Shown here: positions 52,021 through 63,865 of the stretch, piece by piece
Position numbering within the stretch: position 1 is the stretch's first letter
Layout: every line of letters starts with the position of its first letter
Made by a program: the position numbers and the translations under genes
Notes under the pieces: generated by a model
What the model was told of the DNA's origin: nothing
Database searches by the model: none
Seen by the model: the letters and a program-made list of their open reading frames with translations, nothing else
Source: Hydrolagus affinis
Taxonomy: Eukaryota
Assembly (NCBI GenBank): GCA_012026655.1
Contig: JAAILG010000629.1
Location: 1-64,000, forward strand
DNA length: 64,000 nucleotides
Reading direction: 5' to 3'

Positions 52021-53834
52021 GTGAGCTAACAGAGAATTTCAGTGTCATTTTGAACCAGACTGCAATGTATTGTCCTGGCCAAGTGTCCAAACATACATTT
52101 GGGTGGGGTGGTGATTTGCTTTGGCAGTCAAGGTAACAAAAAGTGAAATGTCAATGGTGTGAGCATCACAATAAAACTCTCAGTTGGTACAATTATTAAA
52201 ATTAATAATGTTGATGGATATCACTTCTGCAGCAATGGCAGTTTCCATAAAAAAAAAGCCAAATCCCTAATGGGTTAGAACAAGCAGCAAGAAGCTTAAC
52301 AGAAAATGTTCATAATGGCAAGCTTCCCATCACACACTGTGGTCCACATGTCTTGGCTCCTGTAAATCTGCACCTATTATTTTCCAGCGTTAGGAAAATA
52401 GCACGCGTGTTTCAAAAGAGTGAACTCATTCAGATTAAGAGAGAATTCCATGCGTAGGTGGCATGCATATGTGGAACTCTGTTGGTTAGGATATCCTTAA
52501 GGAGTGATGTATTTCAGACACTCGACCAACCAAAAGTAGAAAATCAAAGCACAATCTTGCTGTAGCTCTAGCTGTATGAAATGAAATTTTTATCGGTTAC
52601 CACAGCAAGAGATTTTTCTGAGGCACTAAAAGTAATCATAAAACTGACAGCGAAGCTCTCTTCAAAATAAATCATTCCGCAGCAGTACTCTCAACTGTAA
52701 CCTTTGTGAGTTATTTCATTCAAATATGCACATTATCACTTTCCCAGTTATAAACCCCAAACGGAATAGGTTTGCAATTCAGAATCAGCGCAAACGTACT
52801 GTGGTTATACTAATAACCTGGTAAGGTCACCAAAGACTCATCCTCTGAAAATGGAAGCAGTTGTTGTGATTAAGTAAAGGCCCATGCAATTGTTTAGGTT
52901 CCCATCTAAGTAACCAGGCAGAATGACATGCAATAAGGAAATGTTAATCTAAAATAGCCCTTTATGTCTTTTTGAATTACAAATGTGCATTTTTTTGTCA
53001 GTGGTAGAAATGAAGAATTCTGTGATCTTAACCATTGTGCCCTCCTTGCTAAAGGAGAAATACTGTACTGGGATTTCACATTTAAGAGTCAGATTGAGGA
53101 TGATAACTGTGTGCATAGAAGGGCACGTCTGAACCAGTGGAATGCGAGTGTGGCATCTCACAAGCATAAGCAACAACAGTTTTGATTGATTTAGCCATAA
53201 TGATCAACTCAAGACTATTATGAAACAAACACACCCTCTAGTGTTTCTTTTAAAACAAACTTATTACTTTGAGTTATCTATATTGAATTGCATCTGCCCT
53301 CTACTGGTGATATTTCTTAAGATTCAAATCTGTTTTGCATTACTGTATTTGGATGGTCATTTTTGAATCATCTGCAGATATTCTTCTTAGACCATTAGGG
53401 TCCTAAAGACCCCCAATGAACTAAATTCCAGTCTGACTTTCCAGTTTGAAGCCAATTTTCCATCCAATATCAATTTCCCATCTAAATATACTAGGCATTT
53501 CCACCAGCAAAGTCCAATAATACTTGCATTGTATAGTGCCTGATCACATGTGAGGCTTCTCAACAAGTAAATATCTACTTCAACTGCAAGATTGGTGGCC
53601 AGGTCAAGGGACTTTAATGACCATCTGGTTTTAATATCTCACCCAACAAAAGCCCTTCCCCAGTGTTGGAATGTCATGATGAGCTTAAGTTATGGTGTGG
53701 GATTTCCTACATCCTTCTGATCCTGATGCAAAACGTGCTCCCAACTGAGACAACTATAAAATGAAATCCCTTCAGAAGTGAGAAACAGCTGAACAAATAA
53801 ATCAGTAAGCACACACACAAAAATTACATTTGGT

Positions 53835-53840
53835 TTTATT
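53835..53840 (-). terminator. Candidate UAP1 poly(A) signal AATAAA (a proximal one lies at 55124-55129)
   Basis: AATAAA on the minus strand followed by a U/GU-rich stretch (TTTTTGTGTGTGTG), ~1.6 kb after the stop. Confidence 0.55.
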
Positions 53841-55456
53841 TGACAACGTGAGATTCATTCACGAAAAGATGACCGAGAATGGACAAATGTATCTGCTTAA
53901 ACTTGATACTACTGCAAAAGCCATGTATCAAAGTGTAGAATACATCTCAGCACAAATGAAAATTTACATTCAATAGTTAAAGAAACGTACCATGAATAGA
54001 TAAAGTACAAAAGCACTTTCCAGTTTTATAAGGTGACCAATAAAATGAAAAATGATGGTCAGATGGTTAGACTTTATATCAGACCAGACAGCCCATGGTT
54101 CAACAATATCCCTGAGCCAGCTTCTTAAGGGTCCTCATTTTTTCTAATGGTGATGATTCTGATCCATTTTTCTTCATGAAAGTAAAAGAAAGCTCCTTCT
54201 AATAGAAAAGTTTTTATGCTACTGAGCTTGCATTAATGAGCAAACCATAGTTTAAAGTTGAGAATGGGTGAGGCAGGACAAGTCATAGAAAATAGAATAA
54301 AGTTATACTAAAAATCTACAATGACAATAGTTTAGAAACTAAATACTAAACATTCAGTTCAAAATACAAAATATGCCTATTAAGTACCAATTGAAATCCT
54401 TCATGTACAATATTAGAGGAGCTCTTTGGGATGAGGGAGATCATTTAGTGTGAAGTACTTTATTATCCTGGTATAAAATATTCAAAATTTTAACCCTCTC
54501 AGAGGCTATCTGTTTTCATCTCCATTTTCTCAAGAAACTGATCACATAAGTTAAACATCTGACAACATTTCTGCCCATTTCAATTAAAGCCAAATTGATC
54601 ACAACTGACTCTGGTGCCAAATACCCAGGGGGGCCTTTCACAAGCAAGAGTAAGCAGCAATATGCAGGCAGTGATCAATCCTCGTTAGGGCCAAACATTA
54701 CCAGTGAAGCTCCTCTGGAGATGTTGCTGCAGAATAGCATCCACCACATCGCAGATTAAAGAAACAGAAATTCGAAAGGTTAGCATCTGTTATGATAAAG
54801 GTATTGAATATATTATTGATTTGTGTACCCAAGTATTATGGTGATAAATATTTAAGAGCTCTCTGTGGGATATACTTCACACAGAGGAACTGTATTCAGC
54901 TTTTCTTCCTCTACGAGGAAGAAAATGTAGGGCATTGAAACTTTCATAATCATATATTGTTCAATTATAAGTGCCAATAAGGCAATTTGTTATGACAGTC
55001 TTTATAATTGATGATCAGTTTATACCACCACCAAACAGAATATTTTTCAGGCGAAGTTCTGTTTTTTTTTAAAAGAACAATCCAGTACATTGCTTGACAT
55101 ATACCTGAATGTGCAATATTAAATTTATTTTCTCAGGTGCTAAATGTCAAAAGTGAGATCTACTAAAAATACAACAATACCCACAGAATAGTTTCTGCTG
55201 GAAAAATAAGTTTCTATAGCTATGCAAATAATGATTTAAATACTAAAACTGTAAAATAGTTTACTATTTTTTTCTTTTGAAGAAAATAAAACAAATCTTT
55301 AAATCATGATTCAAGAAATATACATTAACTGTGATCTACAATCTTGGAATTGTGTATACATGGACCCAGTTAAATCAGGCTGCATATATTTGGCTTAAAA
55401 ATATGATAACTTCATATAACTGCAGTGTCTACTGCATCAATCACATCTCTCCATTT

Positions 55457-55549
55457 TTATATCCCATTCTTCGTCAACTCATGGACCCCTTTCTCATCTA
55501 TAATCAGTGGAGGCCGGAATTCTCGTCCTGCAACAAGTTGTTCCAGCCC
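55457..55549 (-). CDS. UAP1: UAP1 last coding exon ([30 protein letters not shown])
   Basis: tttcag| acceptor; TAA at 55459-55457. Confidence 0.96.
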   Translation of the reverse strand, partial: GLEQLVAGREFRPPLIIDEKGVHELTKNGI

Positions 55550-55932
55550 CTGAAATAAAAAATCAGTTTAAGTAAGACCACGCAAGGAGGATTTAACAAA
55601 CCATAGATACGTTTAAGCTAAAGCTCCAATGCAATAAAGCAGTTAATGACAAAATTTTACATAAGCAAAATTAGATGGTCTTCAATTTCTGAGTTAAATA
55701 AAATTCAACTAATTTACATCTAATTATTATTAGAATACATCTAAGTTTTAAAAAAATATATATAACTGGAGCAAAATTAAGTCTTCAGCCTTAAACCAAA
55801 GCCATTTCTATTCTACTGCACTTTCAGTGCAAACATCAGCTCACGCAGTGTTTGAGTGTTCGACTAGCAAAATGTTTAAAGTACAAGTGATATTTGAATA
55901 ATTACAGTGGGATTAAAACAGACAAGACTCAC

Positions 55933-55999
55933 CTCCCCAGCATATGATACTAGTGGAGAAATTTCACATTTAATTGGAATATCAGTCAGCTCCTTTAGA
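55933..55999 (-). CDS. UAP1: UAP1 exon (LKELTDIPIKCEISPLVSYAGE)
   Basis: T-rich ttcag| acceptor, GAG|GTGAGT donor, 67 nt. Confidence 0.95.
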
Positions 56000-57097
56000 C
56001 TGAAAAAAAAATACAATTTATTAACCAATCTGGAAAAAAAACTGAGCAGATATCACTCTTCTCATAATCTATTTACCACTGTAACCACCTTGCATAAAAT
56101 GGATAAGACCTGAAAGGAATTTTTTATGCAGACTTAAAAAAAGTTTAAAAAACAGAATTTAAAATAATAGGCATTATATTACAATAACAATTACTCTAAC
56201 CTACTATTCCTGTCTACTCATCCTGAACAATAGATGAAAGAAACAGCCCAACATTTTAATTGGAAACAACTCTAATGCACACAGTGATAGACATAGCATT
56301 GTTGAATGCCCCACCCTCAAAAAAAGCAAAATCCCATCACCATTCTTTCTTTATCATTTACCACAGACCAAGTTAACATGCTGAACTGCTTTCCTACATG
56401 CAATCCTTTGTTAGTGCCCGTCATTTCACTGCTATTCTAATAAAGCCAGTTGTTACCTACAGCTGCCAGTGTTTAAGCTTATCAAATTGAATTTAATAAT
56501 TGTTTTAGAACTAATATGGAAATAATATATAGAATTTGCATCCCACAAGATTCTAGGTCTTCTTTTCCCTTCGATTAGTATATTTGTATTAAGTAAATAG
56601 CTCTCTTGCCGTTAAAACTCCAGTTTACAATAAATATTTTCAGTATATGTTTGGATATTAAAAGATTGAATGGCAAAACAAGCCATCTTAAAATGGAACA
56701 CTTGTGAGAACAATCAAATCTGATTAAATACCGCCCCCTGGGTTTTTAAAGAGATCAGTTTTATTCTCATCTCTCCTACTATGTAGGAGGTTATACACAG
56801 CTGCATTCAGTAACAAATTCCAGAAAGATGCTTGCAAATGGAATACATCAACTTTCATGAATAAACAAATGGGCCCTAAACAATCCACAATAATATCGTC
56901 TAAATGTTACCACAATATGTAGGTTTCATAAGTGAGAACTAATGCCATTAGGATTATAAACAAAGAGCAATTCATAATCTGGTTTGCTTTTCACTGGCAG
57001 TAGAAAGATGCAAGCCTTTTCACTCCAATCTATCATGGGTTAGCACCAAAGCAGCAACACCCAACACCATGCATTAAATTGGACCCAAAATATTTAC

Positions 57098-57145
57098 TTG
57101 TCATTGACATCAGTAGTGATTGCTTCTGACATTCCAGTTGTAGAA
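57098..57145 (-). CDS. UAP1: UAP1 48-nt cassette exon (STTGMSEAITTDVND), homolog of the AGX2-specific insert
   Basis: tggcag| acceptor, CAA|GTAAAT donor; frame-preserving phase 2-2; peptide aligns with human SATNGKSETITADVNHN (recalled). Confidence 0.88.
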
Positions 57146-57873
57146 CTGCCACACAGGAACAAAGAGTGAATTAATGGAAATGGAAACTAAATTAAAAAAT
57201 GCAAGAATCATAATGTTACACTGAGTGAACGGGGGTTCAAAATACTGCATGAACCAAAATGGGGATAATAATGGATAACATTGAATATATAAACACAAGT
57301 TCTGTCCTAATTTTCCACTGTGATTTTTCAGCAGGGTAGAACAATGAATTGACAAAATGACACTAAATAATCTGAATTATAAAACAGACATTTTACAAAC
57401 AGAACAAAGGAATTGTGAACTGGTTACATGTAACTAATGATAGTATGATGAATTACAGTGTTCATTCAGCAGTTATAAAAGTTTAACAGATGAACAGTCC
57501 AAATTTACTAGTAGCTGTTGCCACTTTGTGTTCATTTAATGGCAATGGTTAAGCAGAGGTATGAAATAGTACTAATGATGTTTCAAGCACATTTCACTTG
57601 TGTGACAGTCTCTGTCACTGGTATTAATTATCACCAACTGTTCCCATAAAGTACTTAAAAAACAGATGAAGTGATATTGAATTGCACATTATCCATTAAC
57701 ATTAGACTATATTAATCAAGTCACTGCATCTTAAATAGGTGGTTGTTAACATAACTAAATAAATCATTTTCCCCCAATAGGAAGAAAATAATTGATCATT
57801 TGTAGACACTGTACTATATATTCCCACTGTCATACAGTTCCCATCTACTGGCATAAAAATGGACCTGAGTGAA

Positions 57874-57975
57874 AAATCAATTGTATAATTCAGTTTATAA
57901 GGATAGACAAGTTTTTTTAAAGTGACTTTTAAAAAAACTTGTCTATTCTTCTAAACTGAATTATACAATTGATTT
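57874..57975. repeat. Near-perfect ~100-bp inverted repeat (hairpin)
   Basis: AAATCAATTGTATAATTCAGTTTA...GACAAGTTTTTTTAAA pairs with TTTAAAAAAACTTGTC...TAAACTGAATTATACAATTGATTT, with 2 mismatches. Confidence 0.92.
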
Positions 57976-58074
57976 GAACTATAAGTATTGAACTTATAAC
58001 GTGCTATAGCACGTTATCACATTGTTGAGACATTTTAAAGTGCTTCATCGAATACATTGTAAAGTCATTGTATA

Positions 58075-58412
58075 ATATTTGCATTTGATAGCGCCTTAGC
58101 ACATCTTCTAGATGTCACAAAGCACTTCACAGAATATACTGTAAAGTGAATTGATTATATATTTGTGGGTGAAATGCAGCAGCCAATTGTGCACAGCTGT
58201 GTCCCACAAACAGTCGTGGATTGAAATGACCAATTTATCCTTTTTTCCTTGGGGAATTATTATCAGATGTGTGGAGTAAGGAAACTTGCCCAAAGTTTCG
58301 TCCTGCGTGGAACTGAACCCAGGTCTCTCGCTTGTAACAACAACAAAATTACATTTGTAGAGTGCCTTTCATGTCAGGAAGACGTCCCAATGACCTGTAA
58401 GACGAGTGCTCC
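58075..58412 (-). mobile_element. SINE copy interrupted by an L2 tail stub (58338-58395)
   Basis: Colinear with 59942-60260 apart from a 58-nt insert flanked by duplicated TGTAA. Confidence 0.85.
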
Positions 58413-59003
58413 AACCACTGAGCTACACTATACTTTGTTGGTGAAGCACAGCAGTGTCCCACAAACAGTTGTGGATTAAGTGACTTTTTAAAAAATTTAG
58501 TTTTTAACATTATTCATATATCTGTAAATTACTCTGGTTATTCTATTAAAATGAGATTTACGAATGGCATTCTAAATTGTGTAAACATGGTCTCCATTAA
58601 TTTAGGCACAGAAGTGAAATGCTTTTATTGCAGTTAATATGGCACTTCAGAAACATTTTAATAAGGTTTAGGGATAACATAGAAGTCATATTAGACAATA
58701 ATTGTTCTCTTCAATATAGAATGCTACTGCTTAGGTGAGCTAATGTTCCAACTGTTTCAGAAACATTAAGAACATATGGCGTCTTGTTAATGTGTGCACA
58801 GCTTTGGGCAATCCAGGTCTTTAAACTAGGTCAGCATCAATGCACATTAGAAAGATATTGGGACTGAAACCAAGCTCTCTCTTGCATAAAGCTTAATTCA
58901 TATGGATCAAACAGGTTCCACAGAAGATAGAAATTAACATTATATCCAGAAAGATCAACTGACATCACGGGGAATTTTACAGCAGAAACTATCCTTTGGA
59001 TAC

Positions 59004-59192
59004 CTGGGTATAGCAGGAATCCTGGTTCCATTTTCATCCACAAAGTGGCCTCCTGCATTAAGAATCCAGCGATGGTGCAGGGACATCAGTGCTTGACGTG
59101 CTGTAGTGGGTGTGTCTTTTCCATCCTGACTATCTGCAGTTTTCAGTGGTGAAAATTCATCTTCTCGTAATGCTTCAAACACTACAAATTTC
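59004..59192 (-). CDS. UAP1: UAP1 exon ([20 protein letters not shown]...[18 protein letters not shown])
   Basis: ctgtag| acceptor, CAG|GTATCC donor, 189 nt. Confidence 0.95.
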
Positions 59193-59292
59193 CTACAGAA
59201 GTAAACACCAATCAGTATTACAATGTAAATACTGTGAATGCACAGCTTGCCTTTTAAACTGGGCAGCTTGAGTAACTAAAAACAGAACTTAC

Positions 59293-59433
59293 TTTGCAAA
59301 CTGAAAGATGTCAAATACAAATTTTTCCATCTTGATACCGTTAGGTTTGTCCGGTTTAATTATCTGCCCCCGGTCATCCACATAAGGGATCTTTTTCTGA
59401 GCAACATGGTGCTGTAACCGAGGCTCAAAAACA
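59293..59433 (-). CDS. UAP1: UAP1 exon ([17 protein letters not shown]...[16 protein letters not shown])
   Basis: tctcag| acceptor, AAA|GTAAGT donor, 141 nt. Confidence 0.96.
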
Positions 59434-59941
59434 CTGAGAAAAACAAACAGAAGATTCAACAATGTATCAGGGAACAAATTATTCAACAAAATATCTCTGG
59501 AGATTAACAAAGGGATAGGTATTGCCTTCAAATTTATCCTATACCAGCTTACTAGCATGGAAATGGAATAGACAAAACATGGCACTCAGGTGGTTAAGAT
59601 AATGGCCAATTTCTGCACTTAAAATTTACATGTTCGTTAAGACTTGATTTTGGTACAATGTAAAGTTTGACTGCAAATGCAAAAAACTATTACTGGATGA
59701 AAAAAAAATGACACTTCAATGTTTTATAATTATATTTTCTAATCAAAAGTGACAGGCGAATGACTATATTCATTTAATATATATGTTGTTGAATGACCAG
59801 TTGCAGTGCTAGATAAGTGAATGGCAATAAAACTCAAGTACACGTTGGAAAAATGATCGATATTGTAGTACAAATTATTGGAAGCATTTTAGACTTTTTT
59901 TTAAACAGAGGCAGATTTCAGTTAAAATCTTCCTTCTAACT

Positions 59942-60260
59942 ATAATAATAATCCTTGCATTTGATATAGCGCTTTTCACATCCTATCAATGTCTCAAAGC
60001 GCTTCACAGAATACAATGTAAAGTTAATTGACTGTATATTTGTGGGCTAAATGCGGTAGCCAATTGTGCACAGCGGTGTCCCACAAACAGCCTTGGATTG
60101 AAACGACTAATTTTTATTATGGTGTGTTTTTTTTGGATAGATTATTATTAGACATGTGGAGTAAGGAAACTTGCAAGGTTTCGCCCTGATCTGCCTGGAT
60201 TCGAACACAGGTCTCACGCTTGTAAGGCAAGTGCTCTAACCACTGAGCTACTGGAGCTCC
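59942..60260 (-). mobile_element. Full-length tRNA-derived SINE with Deu-like core and L2-derived tail ending in (TTA)n
   Basis: Minus strand reads GGAGCTCCAGTAGCTCAGTGG (A box)...GTTCGAATCC (B box)...GCTGTTTGTGGGAC...AATTGGCT (Deu-like)...TGTGAAGCGCTTTGAGAC...GCGCTATATCAAATGCAAGGATTATTATTA. Confidence 0.92.
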
Positions 60261-60872
60261 ACAACTACACTAATTTTAGGGAAAAAAATAATAATCAAGA
60301 GGAACCATGGGACACAGACCAGTTAACCCAATTTGCAAAAACATCTGGACAATGGGGTGTAGTATTCTAATTCAAACTGTTAACAGTTCTATAGAGACAC
60401 AAGTCTTTTGGCCAACTTGTTCAGTAAATTTTCAGCTCATGAACTGCCAATGACAAAAATATATTAATATTGCTTGTGGGATGTTGCTGTGCAAATTAGC
60501 TGTCACATTAGATGCTATTTAAATTGGATTGTAATTATCAAATGTCGGCGACTTTTTTGTAATTTATCCGACTCAAACATTTTCAAACAGCTTAGCCTGT
60601 TGTCGCAGTTTTGTTCCAATTTTTCTATTCAATAGTCTTTTCTGTAATTCAATTACTTTCTGCTATAAAATTCAGTCCTCATAAAATTAGATTCTCATTT
60701 TCCTTCCAACTGTCAAACCATTTTGGAAGGTAGGAACAACTTTTAAACATAATTTTCATTAATTTGAATCTTGTCTCAGATCTATAAGGCCAAAAATCCT
60801 CCACACAGCAGATGCACCAGACAATCATGTTTTGCAGAATAAATTTAACTAAGAATTGCATTTTATGCTTAC

Positions 60873-61066
60873 TTAACAATATCTTTTAGGAACTGTAGTG
60901 TAAAGAAGTGGTTGCAAACATTTCCTGCACTGAATGTTAGACGGCCATCAGCATTCCTCTTCTCTGCAGTAGCCAAGGTGATTTCACTGTATTCTACAAC
61001 CTGATACATGCCATTCACTTTACATACAACACCAACAGGTTCAGTTGGATTTGTCTTTTCTACCAC
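60873..61066 (-). CDS. UAP1: UAP1 exon ([15 protein letters not shown]...VVEYSE...GNVCNHFF...DIV)
   Basis: cttcag| acceptor, TAA|GTAAGC donor, 194 nt. Confidence 0.96.
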
Positions 61067-61521
61067 CTGAAGATTAACCAAAACACATGTTAGAATACCA
61101 CAACATTACAGAATCTGCTCAAATGCATAGATCCCCCAATAGACAGTTTTACTTTCCACCATTAGTTTCCACCTAACACCCAACAATGGATGAAGTTCAC
61201 TTAAAAGCAGTTTAACGCAAAGCTAATGAACATGCAGGATATGTTTAGGTGATGGTAATGCCAACAATTTGATTGCTTTTACAAAAATACATACTTCCAT
61301 ATCACAAAACTACAAATTATACCAAAATGATTTATTTCAAGTTTCCTACTTGCATTCATTTGAAAATGGCAGTTCCAATATTACTAAATCTGATATTTTA
61401 GACGATTTTATGTTCTCTAACAGAGAAATTACACAACAATACACTTTATAGGGTTCTTAAACCAAACAATAGCTACAAAATAGCTGAGAAAGTCAGAAAC
61501 TTAATTCTTACGATCATTTTA

Positions 61522-61746
<225 letters not shown>

Positions 61747-61937
61747 TTACATTCCTAAGCAACTTAAAAATATACAAAATAGATCTATAAAACATGTAAA
61801 TTCTGCACATCTATAGTTTCAATTAAAACAAAAATGCAACAAAGTTGGAATTATTATTCCAATATTGTACAAGGATAATGAAGTCATTTTCTAACCAGAA
61901 CAGACCTCCTCCAAGATTTTTTAAAAATTACACCAAC

Positions 61938-62113
61938 CTGGCGCCATTGCAATTTTGCCTTTTCCCTCAAGAATGGCTTTCCCATCAAAACTCATAGCTG
62001 GCAACATTCCCTGTTGGAAAAGGATAACATTTTCCTTCTGCAGACCAAAGTGGTGATTCTTATTGAAAAACTCTTCAGTAAATTCCATGGTCCTACCACT
62101 GGTCATGATATAC
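61938..62113 (-). CDS. UAP1: UAP1 exon ([16 protein letters not shown]...FQQGMLPA...MAP)
   Basis: ccctag| acceptor, CAG|GTTGGT donor, 176 nt. Confidence 0.95.
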
Positions 62114-62300
62114 CTAGGGTTATGGATAAAATTAAGACTTTAATTTCTAATTGGATTATAATACAAAGACTTAATATTTATAAACTAATTGCAAGTTGAG
62201 TTTAAGAAAATACAACAAAACCAGACTGTTACTACATGTAAGTTTTTCTTATATTTATAATGTAATAGATTACCAATTGAAATAGATGTACAGTGCTTAC

Positions 62301-62505
62301 CATGGGATAGTGCATTTCCTTCCAAATTGGTCTGAAGCCATTTGCTGTAGTTTCAGAATACGTTCAGCTTGAATTTGGAAAAGAGTTTTGTGTGTCAGCA
62401 AACCAACATCATACATTCCTTTGGGGTAGGTAACTCCAAGACGTGTTCCCTGCCCACCTGCTAAAAGCAGGACAGCTACTTTCCCTTCAGAAATTTGATA
62501 GAGGC
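62301..62505 (-). CDS. UAP1: UAP1 exon ([29 protein letters not shown]...KCTIPW)
   Basis: tcttag| acceptor, ATG|GTAAGC donor, 205 nt; nucleotidyltransferase signature GGxGTRLxxxxPK. Confidence 0.96.
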
Positions 62506-63539
62506 CTAAGATAGATGCACAGGGAAAAATAAAAATATTAGTTTTAAGTGAACCATCAGCAAAATACACAAGTAGATATTGCAGAAAAGCTGTACAAAAT
62601 AGAATGTGTACTTTGTAACTTTATTTGAATTGCTCTTAATCATACAACTTTATTGAATTTACAGTATATAGCTTCCTTCATATAGGATAACATCACAAAT
62701 GCAGGATTTGACGGTGAGACAAGGGAGAAGATGTAAATGTTTAGACCGTATGTTACTGAATGTACCTGCATTCACCTACATTTAATGCATTGCTCATAAC
62801 CCTGGGAATCCTCAAGTTAAACATTTACTAATCGAAGTTTGCAATCTCAAAAATCAGATAAACAACATCAACAAGCATTTATATTGCTCCTTTCATGTTG
62901 GGAGGACACCCCGAGGCTCACCTTCAAACTCACCATAGCAGTTAATAAAGCATAATCAAAATACACACAATCGTACAATTTAAAATTTCATGGTACTATA
63001 ATAATCTTTCAAAACACAAACCTCCTTAAGAAATAGTGACCAAGAAAATGAAAGACGACTTGTAAAATTTTGGCAATGTAATGGTTGACTTTTGGGCAAC
63101 AGTGTATTAGATTGTATATGCCAATGATTTATCTATGTCACCCCACCATGTAGTTAAAGGAGCTTTGTTTTTTTTAAAAAAAATTAGGCTGCTTTACTAG
63201 ACGAGATTTATCAAGGCCCACTTCTGTTTTTCCAGTATCAAGTGTTGCAATTCAGTTTCTCCTGGGAGTTTTGGGAGTTGGATAAGCCTACTGCATTCCA
63301 GTACCCTGGTGTGTGACCTTCCAGTTGTAACTAGTGTACTGAAACTTTTGTTTAGATGTTTCGATGGGCTATAATTCAATTTGTAACTCTTGAATTACAA
63401 TTTTACATTTTAACAAAACTGAAAAACAGTAAAAGTGAGAGATTCCCTCCTAATTGTTTATCCTTTTCCAACATCCGTGTGCAAGCTGAAAACAAACAAA
63501 AGTTAAACAGAGATAAATATCCACAAGTCCCTCCTCAAG

Positions 63540-63865
63540 TCTAAGGATTTTCCCTTGGTAGGAGAATCTATAACCAGGGGTCACAGTCTTAAAATTAAGG
63601 GTCAGCCTTTTAGAAGAGTTGAGGAAACGTTTCTTCACTCAGAGGGTAGTGAATTTATGGAATTCACTACCCCAGAAGGCTGTAGACGCTCACTCCTTGA
63701 ACATTTTCAAGGCTGAGACTGATAGATTTTTGAAAAATAGAGGCATAAGGGGATATGGCAGGTAATCAGAGTTAGGTGAGAAGATCAGCCATGATCTTAT
63801 TGAATGGCGGAGCAGGCTCAAAGGGCGGAATGGCCTACTCCTGCTCCTAATTCTTATGTTCTTAT
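63540..63865 (+). mobile_element. CR1 LINE 3' end
   Basis: TRGH.LK and FFTQRVVNLWNSLP-type coding remnant, then GATCAGCCATGATCTTATTGAATGGCGGAGCAGGC...CTAATTCTTATGTTCTTA, typical of chondrichthyan CR1 3' ends. Confidence 0.9.

Noticed and set aside
58996-59003. UAP1 donor GTATCCAA resembling a U12-type 5' splice site
   Set aside because: It lacks the TT at +7/+8 of RTATCCTT, and no TCCTTAAC branch point was seen before the downstream acceptors; treated as U2-type.
60185-60260. tRNA-like sequence with A and B boxes
   Set aside because: It is the head of a SINE, continuing into the Deu core and L2 tail and present in several diverged copies; not a tRNA gene.
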